DNA of 64,000 nucleotides, taken from the NCBI GenBank assembly GCA_963806565.1, contig CAWDYE010000006.1:17618-81617 (forward strand), in the 5' to 3' direction. Shown piece after piece: positions 7,953 to 17,956 of this stretch. This DNA comes from an uncultured Acidobacteriaceae bacterium (GTDB lineage Bacteria > Acidobacteriota > Terriglobia > Terriglobales > Acidobacteriaceae). The position numbers were made by a program, and so were the translations under genes. Position 1 is the first letter of the stretch, and every line of letters starts with the position of its first letter. Under the pieces are notes generated by a model. The model saw only the letters and a list, made by a program, of their open reading frames with translations, did no database searches and was not told the origin of the DNA.

Positions 7953-8024
7953 GATGATACCTCGATTCCAGCTTTTTTCCTTTAGCAGCTAAAAGAAGCT
8001 ACTAAAAGAAGAACTGCGCGCGCG

Positions 8025-9084
8025 TTATTCGCGGTCTTCCTCGGCCTCCGCCGCAAGCATTTGGAGGAGTGCTTCGGCGTCGGGACTCGTGGCTTTTGTG
8101 GCCGGGTTCTCGCCCTTTTCGAGCATGGCTCCGGGATGAGTTGCGGCATGGACTTGTTGCAGGGTTCGGATGGCAACCTGCGTGTAAATCTGCGTGGTCT
8201 TGATGTCCTCGTGGCCGAGCATCTGCTGGATAAAGCGGATGTCCGCGCCGCCCTCGTGCATCAGCGTGGCCATCGTGTGGCGGAAGAGATGGCAGGAGCC
8301 GGTCTTGCCCAGCTGCGCCGCCTCGATGCGTTCCTTGACCGCGAAGCTCAGATGATCGCGGCTGAACGGCTCGCCCTGGGCCGTGAGGAAAACGGTCATG
8401 TCGTCCGGCTCGATGGCCAGTTGCGGACGGCCCTCCCGGATGTACTTCTGGAGCCATGCTATCGCCCGCTCTCCGATGGGAACGTAACGGTCCTTCTGGC
8501 CCTTGCCCTGGCGAACGAGGAGCAAGCCCCGGTCAAGCGAGAGGTCGTACAGTTTCAAGTGCGATCATCTCCATGCGGCGCAGGCCGGTTGAGTACAGCA
8601 CCTCCAAGATGGCGCGGTCGCGCAAGCCGATTGGCTCCTCGATCTCGCACAGTTGCATGATGCGCTCGACCTCCTGAACAGAGAAGATGTTCTTGGGCAG
8701 GGCGCGGCCCAGCCGGGGAAGCTCAAGCTCCGAAGCCGGATTATGCAGGATGTGATTCTGCCGCGTCATCCATCGGAACCAGACGCGCAACGGGACCAGG
8801 CAAGAGTGCTGCGAACGGAAGCTCAACGGCTCGCCGTTCTTCTTCCGATAGTGGAAGAGATGCCGCTGATACCGCTCCAGTACAGGCCGCGTAATCTCGA
8901 CCGGCTCGCTCAAGCCGCGCTCCTTGCACCACTGGAGGAAAAAGCCGATGTGGACCTGGCGATTGCGCACCGTATGCACGGAGTAGTTCTGCACGGCCAG
9001 GGTGCGCAGATGGTCCAGCATCAGCGATTCCAGCAGCGTCTCCGGGAGCGCCTGCGGTTTACGGGTTTTGGTTATGCGCGCCAT
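8025..9084 (-). pseudogene. XerC/D-like tyrosine recombinase split by an apparent 1-nt insertion near 8559
   Basis: ORFs 8533..9084 and 8025..8558 join as RRMEMIA/LKLYDL versus RRLELVRLKLYEL in 19282..20340; HLFRH, LGH and TQIY present; could be a sequencing error. Confidence 0.85.
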
Positions 9085-9298
9085 TCGTGCGCCTCCTTTC
9101 TGCTCTGAACATGGTTACGATGGAGCGGAGTTTCTTCTTGCCCCGTATAAGTGTTTTTCCGGCTTTCAACGCCGATGTGCCTGGAGTCCGCATGAACACT
9201 GGCTAAACCCGGCATAAAGTGAACCCGACACCCCGCCGACTTGGGGCCGACTTGGCCCCGACTTTTGGCCCTCCGGCCCCGACTTCTTTTCGTCGTAG

Positions 9299-12235
9299 TC
9301 ATTTCTTGCCCAGCTTTTCTACGTCGATCAGCCCGCCCAACACCGGCTTTCCGCCGTCGGCGGGCCGCGTAAAGACAAGCTCGTACACGATGCTCTGGCC
9401 ACGGCCGCCGCGATGAACCAACAGGTATTCCAGTTCCTCCAGCCGGTGCAGATGGATTTTCAACTGCGTATCGCCCCAGCTCGTCGCCTCGCGCACGTCG
9501 CGCCGGGAGAAGCGGTAATCGGAGCGTTCCATCTTCTGCCGCTTGCACTCGGCTGTAACCATCTCGTCCACGGTCAACAGCAAGCGCCTGGTCTGCGGCG
9601 GCAACTCGTCCAGCGAGCGGCCCAGCACTTCATGGGCGAGCCGGTTGGCGACGGCTATATCGTTCACCGTGACCTCGATGTACTCGACTGCGCGGCCATT
9701 GTGCTGGACTGTCTTCGGTGGCCGCTGATATTGATGCAACAGCGCCACGCTGCGGATGAGCGTCAGATACTTCATGTGGTCGCGCCTGGTCCGCGTCTGC
9801 GAGTCGTGGAAGGTCAGTTCCCGCGCGTAGGGATTGACCACGGGAACGGGCTTCAAGAGCCGCTGCGCGTTGCGATGCACGGCAAGCACCGCGTCGCGGT
9901 CCCGCCGCCGCAACAGCCCTTCGACCGTCTGCGCCTCGCGCTGCACACGATGGATAGCCTGGGTCTGCTCCCGGTCTTCATTGACGGAGAGGACAAGGCA
10001 GCGGTTCAGCATTTCCTCGTCAAGATCGATGGTCGTGGTTGTCAAGAAGATCATCACCGGGCCTTCGACGCGGTACTGATGCGTGAGCAAGCGCCCTGTC
10101 GCCGGGTCTTTGCCGGTGCTGGCGATAGTCAACACGCCTTCCGACTGCAACAGCTTCAACGCATAGGCCGCTGTGTGCGCGCCCTCTTCCTCCACGATGG
10201 CCAGTACCTTGTGCTTCAAGTCCTGCTCGCCCATGTAGAAGAGTGACTGCCCCGTCATGGCCGAGTATTGAACGCGCTGCTCTTCGGGCAGGAACGCGAG
10301 TACGGCTTCCATCAGCGAACTCTTGCCAGCGGCGGAACTCGACTGCACGATGATTGCAAGCGGCGCTTCCAAGTGCCGCGAGACCACGCCCAGATAGCCC
10401 ACGAGTTTGTTGGTCTCTTCGCCCACCACGCCGCACCGGGCGAAGTCCTCGACGATGCGCTCCAACAGGCGCGGATCGCGCAACAGCTTGAGCGCCTCGG
10501 CCTGGTCGTGGTCGGTCATTGCGACTGTCTCGTCCTTCGGCGCAAGCGCCTGCTTGATCTGCGCGTCCTGCATCTCCTCCAGCTTCATCAGCACTCGGCC
10601 CAGGTCGCGGCGCAACACTTCTTCCTTGATGCCAAGCTCCTCGGCGGCTTGCTTCGTAAAGCCGCTGCGCTGCCGCGCCGAGTAAAGGTCCAGCGTGTCC
10701 ACATGGAAGGCCGACTCGCCGCGCGTCGTCTTGCCGGATAGCAGGACATTGACCTTCATCAGTTCGTAACTCAGATTCTTGTGAAGGCCACGGATGCGGT
10801 AACGCCGCTCGCCCTGCTGCAAGAAGATGTCCTCGCCGCGCATCTCGACGGGAACATCGATAGTCGGCGCGGGCGCTGCTGGGCCTGGCTCCGGCTCGGT
10901 CGGCGCAACCGGCTCCGGCGAGGCGGCTAAGGAAAAAACCTGTTCTTCGATCTCGGCGGGGATGGATGCGGCGGGGGCTGGCTCTGGAGTAACTTCGATG
11001 ATTTTTTCTTTAGTTGCTGCTTTTGTCTCTGCTGGCAGTGGCTCGATGCTTGACTCTGGCTCCGCGCTTGGCTCCGGCTCGGCCTCGATCATTGGCTCCA
11101 GCGCGCGCGGCTCTGGCCGCTGCCCCTTGCCCAGCCACTCCGCCTTATTCAGCATCACGCCCAGACTCTTCGCCGCTGGCTGCACCTTCAAGGCGTAGGA
11201 GTTCGCGTCCATGTCCTTCGGGAAGAGCACACGGAAACACTCGATTCCCATTTGCATCAGATCCTCGGCCAGCTTCGCCGCTGCGCTGTTTCCGGCCTCG
11301 TCGCGGTCGTATGCGATGTACACCCGCTCGATGCCGTGCTGGGCGAAGGCCGCGCGATGATCAGCTGTGAAGCCATTCACGCCGTAACTGGCCGTGACAT
11401 TGCGGAAGCCCGCAACCCAAAAGGTCAAGGCGTCTATCAACGCCTCGCACAGGATGACTTCTTTCGATGCGGCCAGCGCCTCTTCGTTCCACACGCCCCG
11501 ATGCTCGCCCGGTAGATACAGGTGGCTCGGCGTTCCCTCGCGCAGGTTCGGCGTGACCTTGCGCCCGTACATCTCCATCACGTCACCCGCCGGATTGATG
11601 ACCGGGATAACCAGCGAGCCGTTGAAGTGCTCGTGCCCGCTCTCCCGCAAGATGCCCAGCTTTTGCAGCCGTCCGCGCATCTCCGCGCCGGCGGCGCGGT
11701 TCTTCGCCGGCAGGCGATAACCCAGCGTCCGGTTGGCGAAGCCAAGCCGGAAACGGTCGATGATCTCCGGCGATTTCAGGCCGCGCGACTCCAGATACCG
11801 CATTGCCTCCGGCGACTGTTTCAGCGTCTCGCTGTAGTAGCTCACGACCTGCAACAGCAACTCGCGGTCGTCCGCGTCCCGCGCCACGGGCGGCGGCAGC
11901 TTGCGCACCGTGCCGTGCTTCACCGGCTGGACCGGATCGGCGGCTAAGGGAAGATGGTCCTCTCTGAGAAGCTCGACGGCATGGCGGAAGCTGATGCCGT
12001 TGGCCTTCATTACCCAGTCGATCACCGTCCCGCCTTCATTGCACGCGCCCAGGCAGTGCCAGAGATTCTTCGCCGGAGTGATAACCAGCGACGGGTTGCG
12101 GTCGTCATGGAACGGGCAGAGGCCCAGCAAGTCGGCACCGTGCCGGTGCAACTTGATGCCCCGCGCCTCCGCCAACCGCTGCACCGATACCTCCCGTTTC
12201 AGCCGCTCGACCTCGTGCTCCGGGATTCTCGCCAT
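9299..12235 (-). CDS. CHC2/Toprim primase fused to a P-loop helicase-like domain; C-terminal tail appears frameshifted
   Basis: CPFHDD..HCLGAC, EALIDA/AYDRD Toprim, SSSAAGKSS Walker A; residues matching the paralog tail (KNT..LHRN) are in another frame at 9072-9300. Confidence 0.92.
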   Translation of the reverse strand: MARIPEHEVERLKREVSVQRLAEARGIKLHRHGADLLGLCPFHDDRNPSLVITPAKNLWHCLGACNEGGTVIDWVMKANGISFRHAVELLREDHLPLAADPVQPVKHGTVRKLPPPVARDADDRELLLQVVSYYSETLKQSPEAMRYLESRGLKSPEIIDRFRLGFANRTLGYRLPAKNRAAGAEMRGRLQKLGILRESGHEHFNGSLVIPVINPAGDVMEMYGRKVTPNLREGTPSHLYLPGEHRGVWNEEALAASKEVILCEALIDALTFWVAGFRNVTASYGVNGFTADHRAAFAQHGIERVYIAYDRDEAGNSAAAKLAEDLMQMGIECFRVLFPKDMDANSYALKVQPAAKSLGVMLNKAEWLGKGQRPEPRALEPMIEAEPEPSAEPESSIEPLPAETKAATKEKIIEVTPEPAPAASIPAEIEEQVFSLAASPEPVAPTEPEPGPAAPAPTIDVPVEMRGEDIFLQQGERRYRIRGLHKNLSYELMKVNVLLSGKTTRGESAFHVDTLDLYSARQRSGFTKQAAEELGIKEEVLRRDLGRVLMKLEEMQDAQIKQALAPKDETVAMTDHDQAEALKLLRDPRLLERIVEDFARCGVVGEETNKLVGYLGVVSRHLEAPLAIIVQSSSAAGKSSLMEAVLAFLPEEQRVQYSAMTGQSLFYMGEQDLKHKVLAIVEEEGAHTAAYALKLLQSEGVLTIASTGKDPATGRLLTHQYRVEGPVMIFLTTTTIDLDEEMLNRCLVLSVNEDREQTQAIHRVQREAQTVEGLLRRRDRDAVLAVHRNAQRLLKPVPVVNPYARELTFHDSQTRTRRDHMKYLTLIRSVALLHQYQRPPKTVQHNGRAVEYIEVTVNDIAVANRLAHEVLGRSLDELPPQTRRLLLTVDEMVTAECKRQKMERSDYRFSRRDVREATSWGDTQLKIHLHRLEELEYLLVHRGGRGQSIVYELVFTRPADGGKPVLGGLIDVEKLGKK

Positions 12236-12377
12236 TTCTTCCGCCCTCCGCTGAAAAACCTGTCAAGTGCTTTTTTCGCTCTTTGCAGTTTTTCTCGCCG
12301 TGCCTCAGTATATACATACAGTGTATATCCAGCCAGCGGTTTGGAGGAGTGCTTAAAAATGGACCATAAAATCCGTC

Positions 12378-12752
12378 TTGACGATGCCCGCGAAGAAAGA
12401 ACCACATTCCGCATTCGGCAAGCGCCTCTTCGCTCTCAGGAAGACGCGCGGCCTCACTCAGGTACAGCTTGCCGAAGCCCTGGGAACAACCCAGCGCGTA
12501 ATTTCCTACTACGAGACGGAAGCTGAACTGCCTCCCTCGACAGCCATCATTCCGCTGGCGCGCGTCCTGGAAGTTTCCACGGATGAGTTGTTGGGATTGA
12601 AGCCCGCTGAGCCGAACGGCAACAGCAGCATACAGAAGCAGCGGCTTTGGAAGAGATTTCAGAAGATGGACGTGCTGCCGACGAAGGATCAGAGAGCCGT
12701 GATTCGGCTGATTAACTCGCTGGCTGGAAGCTCTCCGGCGGAGGCCAGCTAG
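12378..12752 (+). CDS. XRE-family HTH regulator
   Basis: FGKRLFALRKTRGLTQVQLAEALGTTQRVISYYE. Confidence 0.9.
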   Translation: MTMPAKKEPHSAFGKRLFALRKTRGLTQVQLAEALGTTQRVISYYETEAELPPSTAIIPLARVLEVSTDELLGLKPAEPNGNSSIQKQRLWKRFQKMDVLPTKDQRAVIRLINSLAGSSPAEAS

Positions 12753-12779
12753 TCCGGCTTTTCATGTGTTTTTGGACAC

Positions 12780-12926
12780 ATGAGAAAAATACATTTTTCT
12801 CATAGCTGAAAAACATCCGTAGCGGAGGCATCAGTCAAGGCCGCGAAGCGCCGCCGCAGCGGGCGGAGCGAAGCGGAGAGCCTTTACGGATGCCGGAGCG
12901 GAGGATATAGCCGCGTGAGCGGCTAA
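12780..12926. other. Conserved structured non-coding element, copy 2
   Basis: ATGAGAAAAA-TACA-TTTTTCTCAT; rest nearly identical to copy 1; hairpin TAGCCGC-GTGA-GCGGCTA. Confidence 0.75.
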
Positions 12927-15697
12927 AGACTGTACCCCTGATCGAACTCATGCGCGTGAGCGGGAACCGGCTCGATCTGCCGCACAGTGTCCGGCTGGGT
13001 AGGTGTCTGCTGCTGCATCCCCTCTGGCTGGATGGCCGACGTATGCGATACGTCCTGGCTCAACGCATGGCCCAGCGTCCCGGCGTCGTTCGTGTACATC
13101 TGCACATCGAACTGCGCCCGCGACACAGAGACATAAGCCATGCGGCTATTGAGAAGCTGGCTGTGCGCCTGCTCGGAGTCCACATGGACAAGCACACGGT
13201 CGGCGGTCTGGCCCTGGCTGCTGTGGCTCGTTACCGCGTAACCATAGTCCAGATGCGGATGCTGCTTGACGTTGAACTCAACCTCACGGCCTGAGTCCAT
13301 CTTGAGTTTCAGGTCGCCGCTGCCGTCGATCTTTTCAACCGTCCCCAGCTCACGGTTGGCGAGTTTCTGCTCATGGTACGGCGCGGTCATCTGCACCCGG
13401 TCGCCCTGGGCGAAGCTGCGCTCGGTGTCACGGTAGACGGTCACGCCCTGCAAGCGGCGCGGGTCGTAGCTCAGTTCCTCGCCGGACTTGCGAGTGACGG
13501 TTACGGTGTTGCTCTCGCGGTCGGTGTGGGCCACACGCGCATACTCTCCGGCCTCGATTCCCAGCGGCTTCGACCCTTTCGAGTAGCGGATCACGTCGCC
13601 CTGTTCATAGTTCTGCGCGTGTTGCCGGTCGGCCCCTGTGATGTCCTGCCGTGCATACAGCAGCGCGACGCGATGCTCATCGGGTTTGACCTGGCCGGAC
13701 TCCTGCATCGCTCGATGGATGTGCTGGTTGATCTCGCGGCGGGATTCATTGTCGGGCGAGACGACAAGCGTATTCTCCGGCTGGCGCACATACTCGCGGG
13801 CTATCTCGCGGATGCGCTCGCTGCGGTCCTCGATCTCATGTACCCGGCCCTGGCCGTTGAGATTGGCGATGGCTTCTTTGACTTCGCCCCGCGCAAGCTG
13901 CTCCACGGCCTCTTTCAACGCCGGGTCTTTCTGCCGGATGATTTCGTCAAGCCTGGCCGTGCGCATCCCGGCCTCTTGCAACTGCGCATAAGGTCGGCCA
14001 GCTTCGACCGCTTCATGCTGCCGCACGTCGCCAACGAAGAGCACACGATCATTTTCTTTTAGCCGCTCTACGAACGTGTGCATCTGCTTGGTGCTGGCCA
14101 TGCTCGATTCATCGACCACATAGAGCCGCTTTTGTCCGTCGTCGGCACGGTCGCCGCGCGTAAGATGCCGCTGCAAGGTCTCCGTCTCCATGCCCGACTC
14201 GCCCAGCTTTTTCGCCGCGCCGGACGTGGGCGCAAGCCCCTTGACCTCATAGCCCGCACTGACAGCGGCCTCCCGGATGGCGGCTAAAGAAGTAGTCTTT
14301 CCGCCTCCGGCCACGCCCTCAAGAGCCATCATCCGGTCGCGGTTTTCGAGCACATCTTCGACCGCCCGCCGCTGGCTCATGCTCAGATGCGGATGGTTTA
14401 CCTCGACCTGCTGCCGGACCTGGCCATCGGCCAGCACTTCGCGGTTGCCCTGGCCCATGCGCATCCGCTCGACGATCTCGCGCTCGTAGCCCTGCATCTC
14501 GCCCGTCGTGAACGCGCGGCCCGCCAGCCCTGGCCTGCGCTGGACCTCGATCAGCTCACGCGCGGCGACGCGCCGCTCGAACTCGGCCCGCACCTCCGGC
14601 AACCGTGCCGCGCCCATGCTGTGCTTCAACGCATCGCGCATCAGCGTCCGCTCATCGACCACGGCCTCGCGCTCCGTGCCGCGCTCCCGCGCATAACTCA
14701 CGGCAGCCTGGGCGACACGCTGCGACTCTTCCGGCTGAAGCTCGACGCCTGGTCGCCGTTGCGCGTCCTCGATCACCCGTTGCGGCTGATGGCCGTATTC
14801 TGCGGCCATTGCCCGATGCTGCGCCTGGACCTGCTCCGGCGTTAAATCGAGCTTTGCCTCGCGCGTCTTGTGCGCCGCGATCTGCGCCGCCTCCGGCCCG
14901 GAGCGGCCCTGCTCTGCCAAGTTTTCGGTGATTTGTTGACGCCGCGGACTCGATGCCTCCAAGTATTCCCGCGTGTAACCTTTGATCTCCGGCTGCCCAT
15001 GCTCGCCGCGCTCGATCTCGTAACCCAACTGCTGCAACCGCGCCGACAACTCCGAACGGTAAACCGCCGTCGCGTACTGCTGCGTCTTGTAAAGTTCCTG
15101 CGGCTGCAACGCCCGCGTGGTCCCGTCGGCGGTCTCGGCGATATTGAAAATCACCGTGTGCGTGTGCAACTGCGGCGCGGCGTAGCCATCGACCGGACGG
15201 CTGCTGTCGTGCTCGAACTTGGCCACCACCCATGCGCCCGTCGTCTCTGCTGGAGCGTTGCCGCCGATGCGCGCCTGCGCGTACTTTTCCATCTCATTGA
15301 GCGCAACGCGAACGCTCTCCCGGTGCGCATCTTTCACGCGGTCGTCGCCGCCGACAAGCGCCGTCAACGATACCGACTTCGGCGCGGAGAACGTCGCATC
15401 CCAGCCCGCCCGGTGCTCCATCGTGCGCACCGTCTGGCCCTGCTCGTTCACATACTCCCGCGCCGTTTGATGCCGTACAAGTTGCTCGCCGGTTGCCGGA
15501 TGCTGGCCCTCACTCAACCGCGCGAACTGCTCTTCATTCACTTCGCCAGCAAGTCCGTAATGCTCAGCGAGCTTGCCTTGCCACTCGCCGCGCACATGGT
15601 CGCCCTCGGTGTAGTAGTTGTCCCGCGCGTTGGCGAACTCTTCTTTGTGGTACTCTCGCGCCTGGCTCGCGCTGATCGGTTTCGACATTGTAATCAT
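12923..15697 (-). CDS. MobF (TrwC-like) relaxase-helicase, paralog of 1100..3874
   Basis: Same motifs and length (924 aa). Confidence 0.95.
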   Translation of the reverse strand: MITMSKPISASQAREYHKEEFANARDNYYTEGDHVRGEWQGKLAEHYGLAGEVNEEQFARLSEGQHPATGEQLVRHQTAREYVNEQGQTVRTMEHRAGWDATFSAPKSVSLTALVGGDDRVKDAHRESVRVALNEMEKYAQARIGGNAPAETTGAWVVAKFEHDSSRPVDGYAAPQLHTHTVIFNIAETADGTTRALQPQELYKTQQYATAVYRSELSARLQQLGYEIERGEHGQPEIKGYTREYLEASSPRRQQITENLAEQGRSGPEAAQIAAHKTREAKLDLTPEQVQAQHRAMAAEYGHQPQRVIEDAQRRPGVELQPEESQRVAQAAVSYARERGTEREAVVDERTLMRDALKHSMGAARLPEVRAEFERRVAARELIEVQRRPGLAGRAFTTGEMQGYEREIVERMRMGQGNREVLADGQVRQQVEVNHPHLSMSQRRAVEDVLENRDRMMALEGVAGGGKTTSLAAIREAAVSAGYEVKGLAPTSGAAKKLGESGMETETLQRHLTRGDRADDGQKRLYVVDESSMASTKQMHTFVERLKENDRVLFVGDVRQHEAVEAGRPYAQLQEAGMRTARLDEIIRQKDPALKEAVEQLARGEVKEAIANLNGQGRVHEIEDRSERIREIAREYVRQPENTLVVSPDNESRREINQHIHRAMQESGQVKPDEHRVALLYARQDITGADRQHAQNYEQGDVIRYSKGSKPLGIEAGEYARVAHTDRESNTVTVTRKSGEELSYDPRRLQGVTVYRDTERSFAQGDRVQMTAPYHEQKLANRELGTVEKIDGSGDLKLKMDSGREVEFNVKQHPHLDYGYAVTSHSSQGQTADRVLVHVDSEQAHSQLLNSRMAYVSVSRAQFDVQMYTNDAGTLGHALSQDVSHTSAIQPEGMQQQTPTQPDTVRQIEPVPAHAHEFDQGYSL

Positions 15698-15703
15698 GGT
15701 TGT

Positions 15704-16397
15704 TTACTCGAATCGGGGACGTGGTTTCTTCGCCGCTGCGGGACGCGCCTCGGACGGTTTTGCCGCTACAACCGGCGGCGGAACTGGCGCCGCAATCGGC
15801 GGTTTTACAGGGTGCGCTGCGGCCTTTGCCTGAGCCGCCGCGCGCCGCCTGCGCTCGATAAAATCCATCAGCTTTTGCCACTGCTTTTCGTAGGAGAACT
15901 TCGGCCAACGATCCTTCGGAACGGCCACCGGCAACAGCAACGCCAGCAGCCCCAACGCCCAAAAAAACGGCCTCCGGGCCGACTCATAAATATCGTCGTG
16001 GTAGATCCACTGGCGCATAAAATCATGCAGCTTGCGGTCGTTGTACTGATGCGTCTGCCACTCCAGCCGCACGAACCCCGCGCGGCTGCCCTCCGCCGTC
16101 AGTTGGTACGTTGGTTCGCCATTCTGCACCCGCCGCCGCCTCCATCTCGTCGCCCGTAACCAACAGCGTTTGCTTCTTCGCCGTCACCCCTTCAAGCAGC
16201 CGATAGCGCGTTACAGACTGCTCCGAGAGACTGCCCCACACTCCGCTCTCCAGATAAACCCACAGGTCAAGATGCTCCGCCGCGCTCCACACGTTCCGGT
16301 AGACCTGAACATACAGCACGCAGAAGAAAACGCCCGCCGCTATCAGCGTCCAGCGCGTCCACTTCCAGTACCGGCGCGGCCCATACCAGTCACTCAT
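15704..16397 (-). pseudogene. Paralog of 3881..4573 with an apparent extra base near 16124
   Basis: MSDWYGPRRYWKW.. frame and ..NGEPTYQLTAEG.. frame join at GGT GCA G AAT. Confidence 0.75.
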
Positions 16398-16771
16398 CGC
16401 GCCGCCTCGCTCACCTTTTTCTGCGCCGCCAACCGCTCCCGCGCCCGCTGCATCTTGCTCGCATCCACCCGCGCGATCTCCGCCCGTACCTCCGCCTCGC
16501 CCGGAAGTGCATGATCGGGAAGCGGGCGAAGATTCAAGAACAACGCCCGCAACGCAAGAACCTCCGCCAGCAAAACTTCGCCCAAAAGATCGTCCGCCGC
16601 CTCGCTGCCTGGACGGCCACTCCCGCCGTCCGTGTCCGGCTCCAACAGCTTCGCCCGCATCCACTCCGAGAGCGTCAGATTCTCCGCCCGCGCCCGCGCC
16701 TCCAACGTCGCATACTCCGCGTCGCTGACCTTCGTGCCTACCGATTTTGTCCGCAGAGATGCCTTCACCAT
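16394..16771 (-). CDS. RHH relaxosome accessory protein (TrwA/MobC-like)
   Basis: Paralog of 4570..4941. Confidence 0.75.
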   Translation of the reverse strand: MVKASLRTKSVGTKVSDAEYATLEARARAENLTLSEWMRAKLLEPDTDGGSGRPGSEAADDLLGEVLLAEVLALRALFLNLRPLPDHALPGEAEVRAEIARVDASKMQRARERLAAQKKVSEAAR

Positions 16772-16775
16772 GCCG

Positions 16776-16934
16776 TCACCTCTCCGCCTTGAACTGGTTC
16801 ATCCCCGCAACCATCCGCGTGATGTACTCCCGCACAGCTTCCGATCGGCGCAAGATCGGGCGCTCGCTGGCGGCTGTCGCTGGCGCTTTGGTTGGCTCCG
16901 ATTGGCTGGCCGGGAACTGCTGCGGCTGATTCAT
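16776..16934 (-). CDS. Small 52-aa protein
   Basis: Paralog of 4946..5104. Confidence 0.5.
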   Translation of the reverse strand: MNQPQQFPASQSEPTKAPATAASERPILRRSEAVREYITRMVAGMNQFKAER

Positions 16935-17156
16935 GGATTCCTCGCTTTTATGGACGCTCGACGGCGGTTTTCAGCTAAGGGAAGGAAAATCATCACGTTA
17001 CCCAACAGCAACCGGCGCGTGTTTATAGAATAGCTCGGATGACTCAATTTTTACTTTTAGTCGCTTGTTTTCTTATGGTTCGCGCTCGGTAACCTGTAAA
17101 CGCCTTATTTTTAGAGATTTTTTCTTTTAGCTGCTTGATTCCACGATAGTTCCAGC

Positions 17157-17212
17157 CGCAGGAACCGAAGGTTACTGCGCAGCTTCCATTCTGGGGTGAT
17201 GTGTCCCCCTAA
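17157..17212 (+). promoter_or_regulatory. Candidate oriT, copy 2
   Basis: CGCAGGAACC-GAA-GGTTACTGCG, then GGGGTGATGTGT/CCCCCTAA. Confidence 0.5.
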
Positions 17213-17338
17213 AACCGATGCGTAGCAGCGCGGGCTTTTTGCTGGTTGCGCCGAGGCTTTGGACGGAGGCCACTGACGCAAGCAAGCCGCCCCGGAGGAC
17301 GGCTGGCGGCTGGATGCAACGACGGCATACGGAAAGGC

Positions 17339-17956
17339 TCATTCGGAGTTTGCGACATGAATCCAGATGATCTTACCTTCGCTAAAACCTATCCGGGCGG
17401 ATCGGCTATCGTCCTTGCAACCTTCCTTTTCATTGAGCAGACAACTGTACAAATAGCTCTGGTCTCCAACCGAAATCTGGCTTGTACCTGCCACCTTAAT
17501 CCCCGCGATCACGCCTAGATCGTTCTTTTTGTCCAGTTTCTTGGTAAAAACAGGTTCACGATAGGCGCGGACGAGGGCTTCTTTGCTGCTACCGATGCCG
17601 ATCCCTTCTGGCGTTTTCCAAATTTCTGGATCGATTGTTGTTGTCGTTGTCGGAAGCCCCTTACAGTTAGGGAAGGAACTGAGCAAAACATCCGCCACGC
17701 GACCAGATCGGTCATCCATAGGCCGCACGTACAAGTACAGACCGTGTTTCGGATCAGAAAAGCAGTAGGTGTCTCTACCAGCAGGCTTCGCGCCAAAATG
17801 CTCCAGAAATGATTTCATGGACGTATCGCGGTCAAGGCTATAAAAGCCGAGTGAACGCGGTCCGGCATAATGCCCCCAAGGACTCGGATTCTGCGCCGCC
17901 AGTGTTGAACCCAGGACCAGGACCAGCAAAGCTCGAAATTTGATGATTTGTCTCAT
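17339..17956 (-). CDS. Putative exported immunity protein
   Basis: Translation identical to 5511..6128. Confidence 0.75.
   Translation of the reverse strand: MRQIIKFRALLVLVLGSTLAAQNPSPWGHYAGPRSLGFYSLDRDTSMKSFLEHFGAKPAGRDTYCFSDPKHGLYLYVRPMDDRSGRVADVLLSSFPNCKGLPTTTTTIDPEIWKTPEGIGIGSSKEALVRAYREPVFTKKLDKKNDLGVIAGIKVAGTSQISVGDQSYLYSCLLNEKEGCKDDSRSARIGFSEGKIIWIHVANSE

Noticed and set aside
9072-9548. 158-aa minus-strand ORF between primase and recombinase
   Set aside because: Better explained as the out-of-frame primase tail (KNT..LHRN matches the unit A tail)
16023-16664. 213-aa ORF
   Set aside because: Out-of-frame read-through of the RHH gene fused to the 5' half of the frameshifted coupling-like gene
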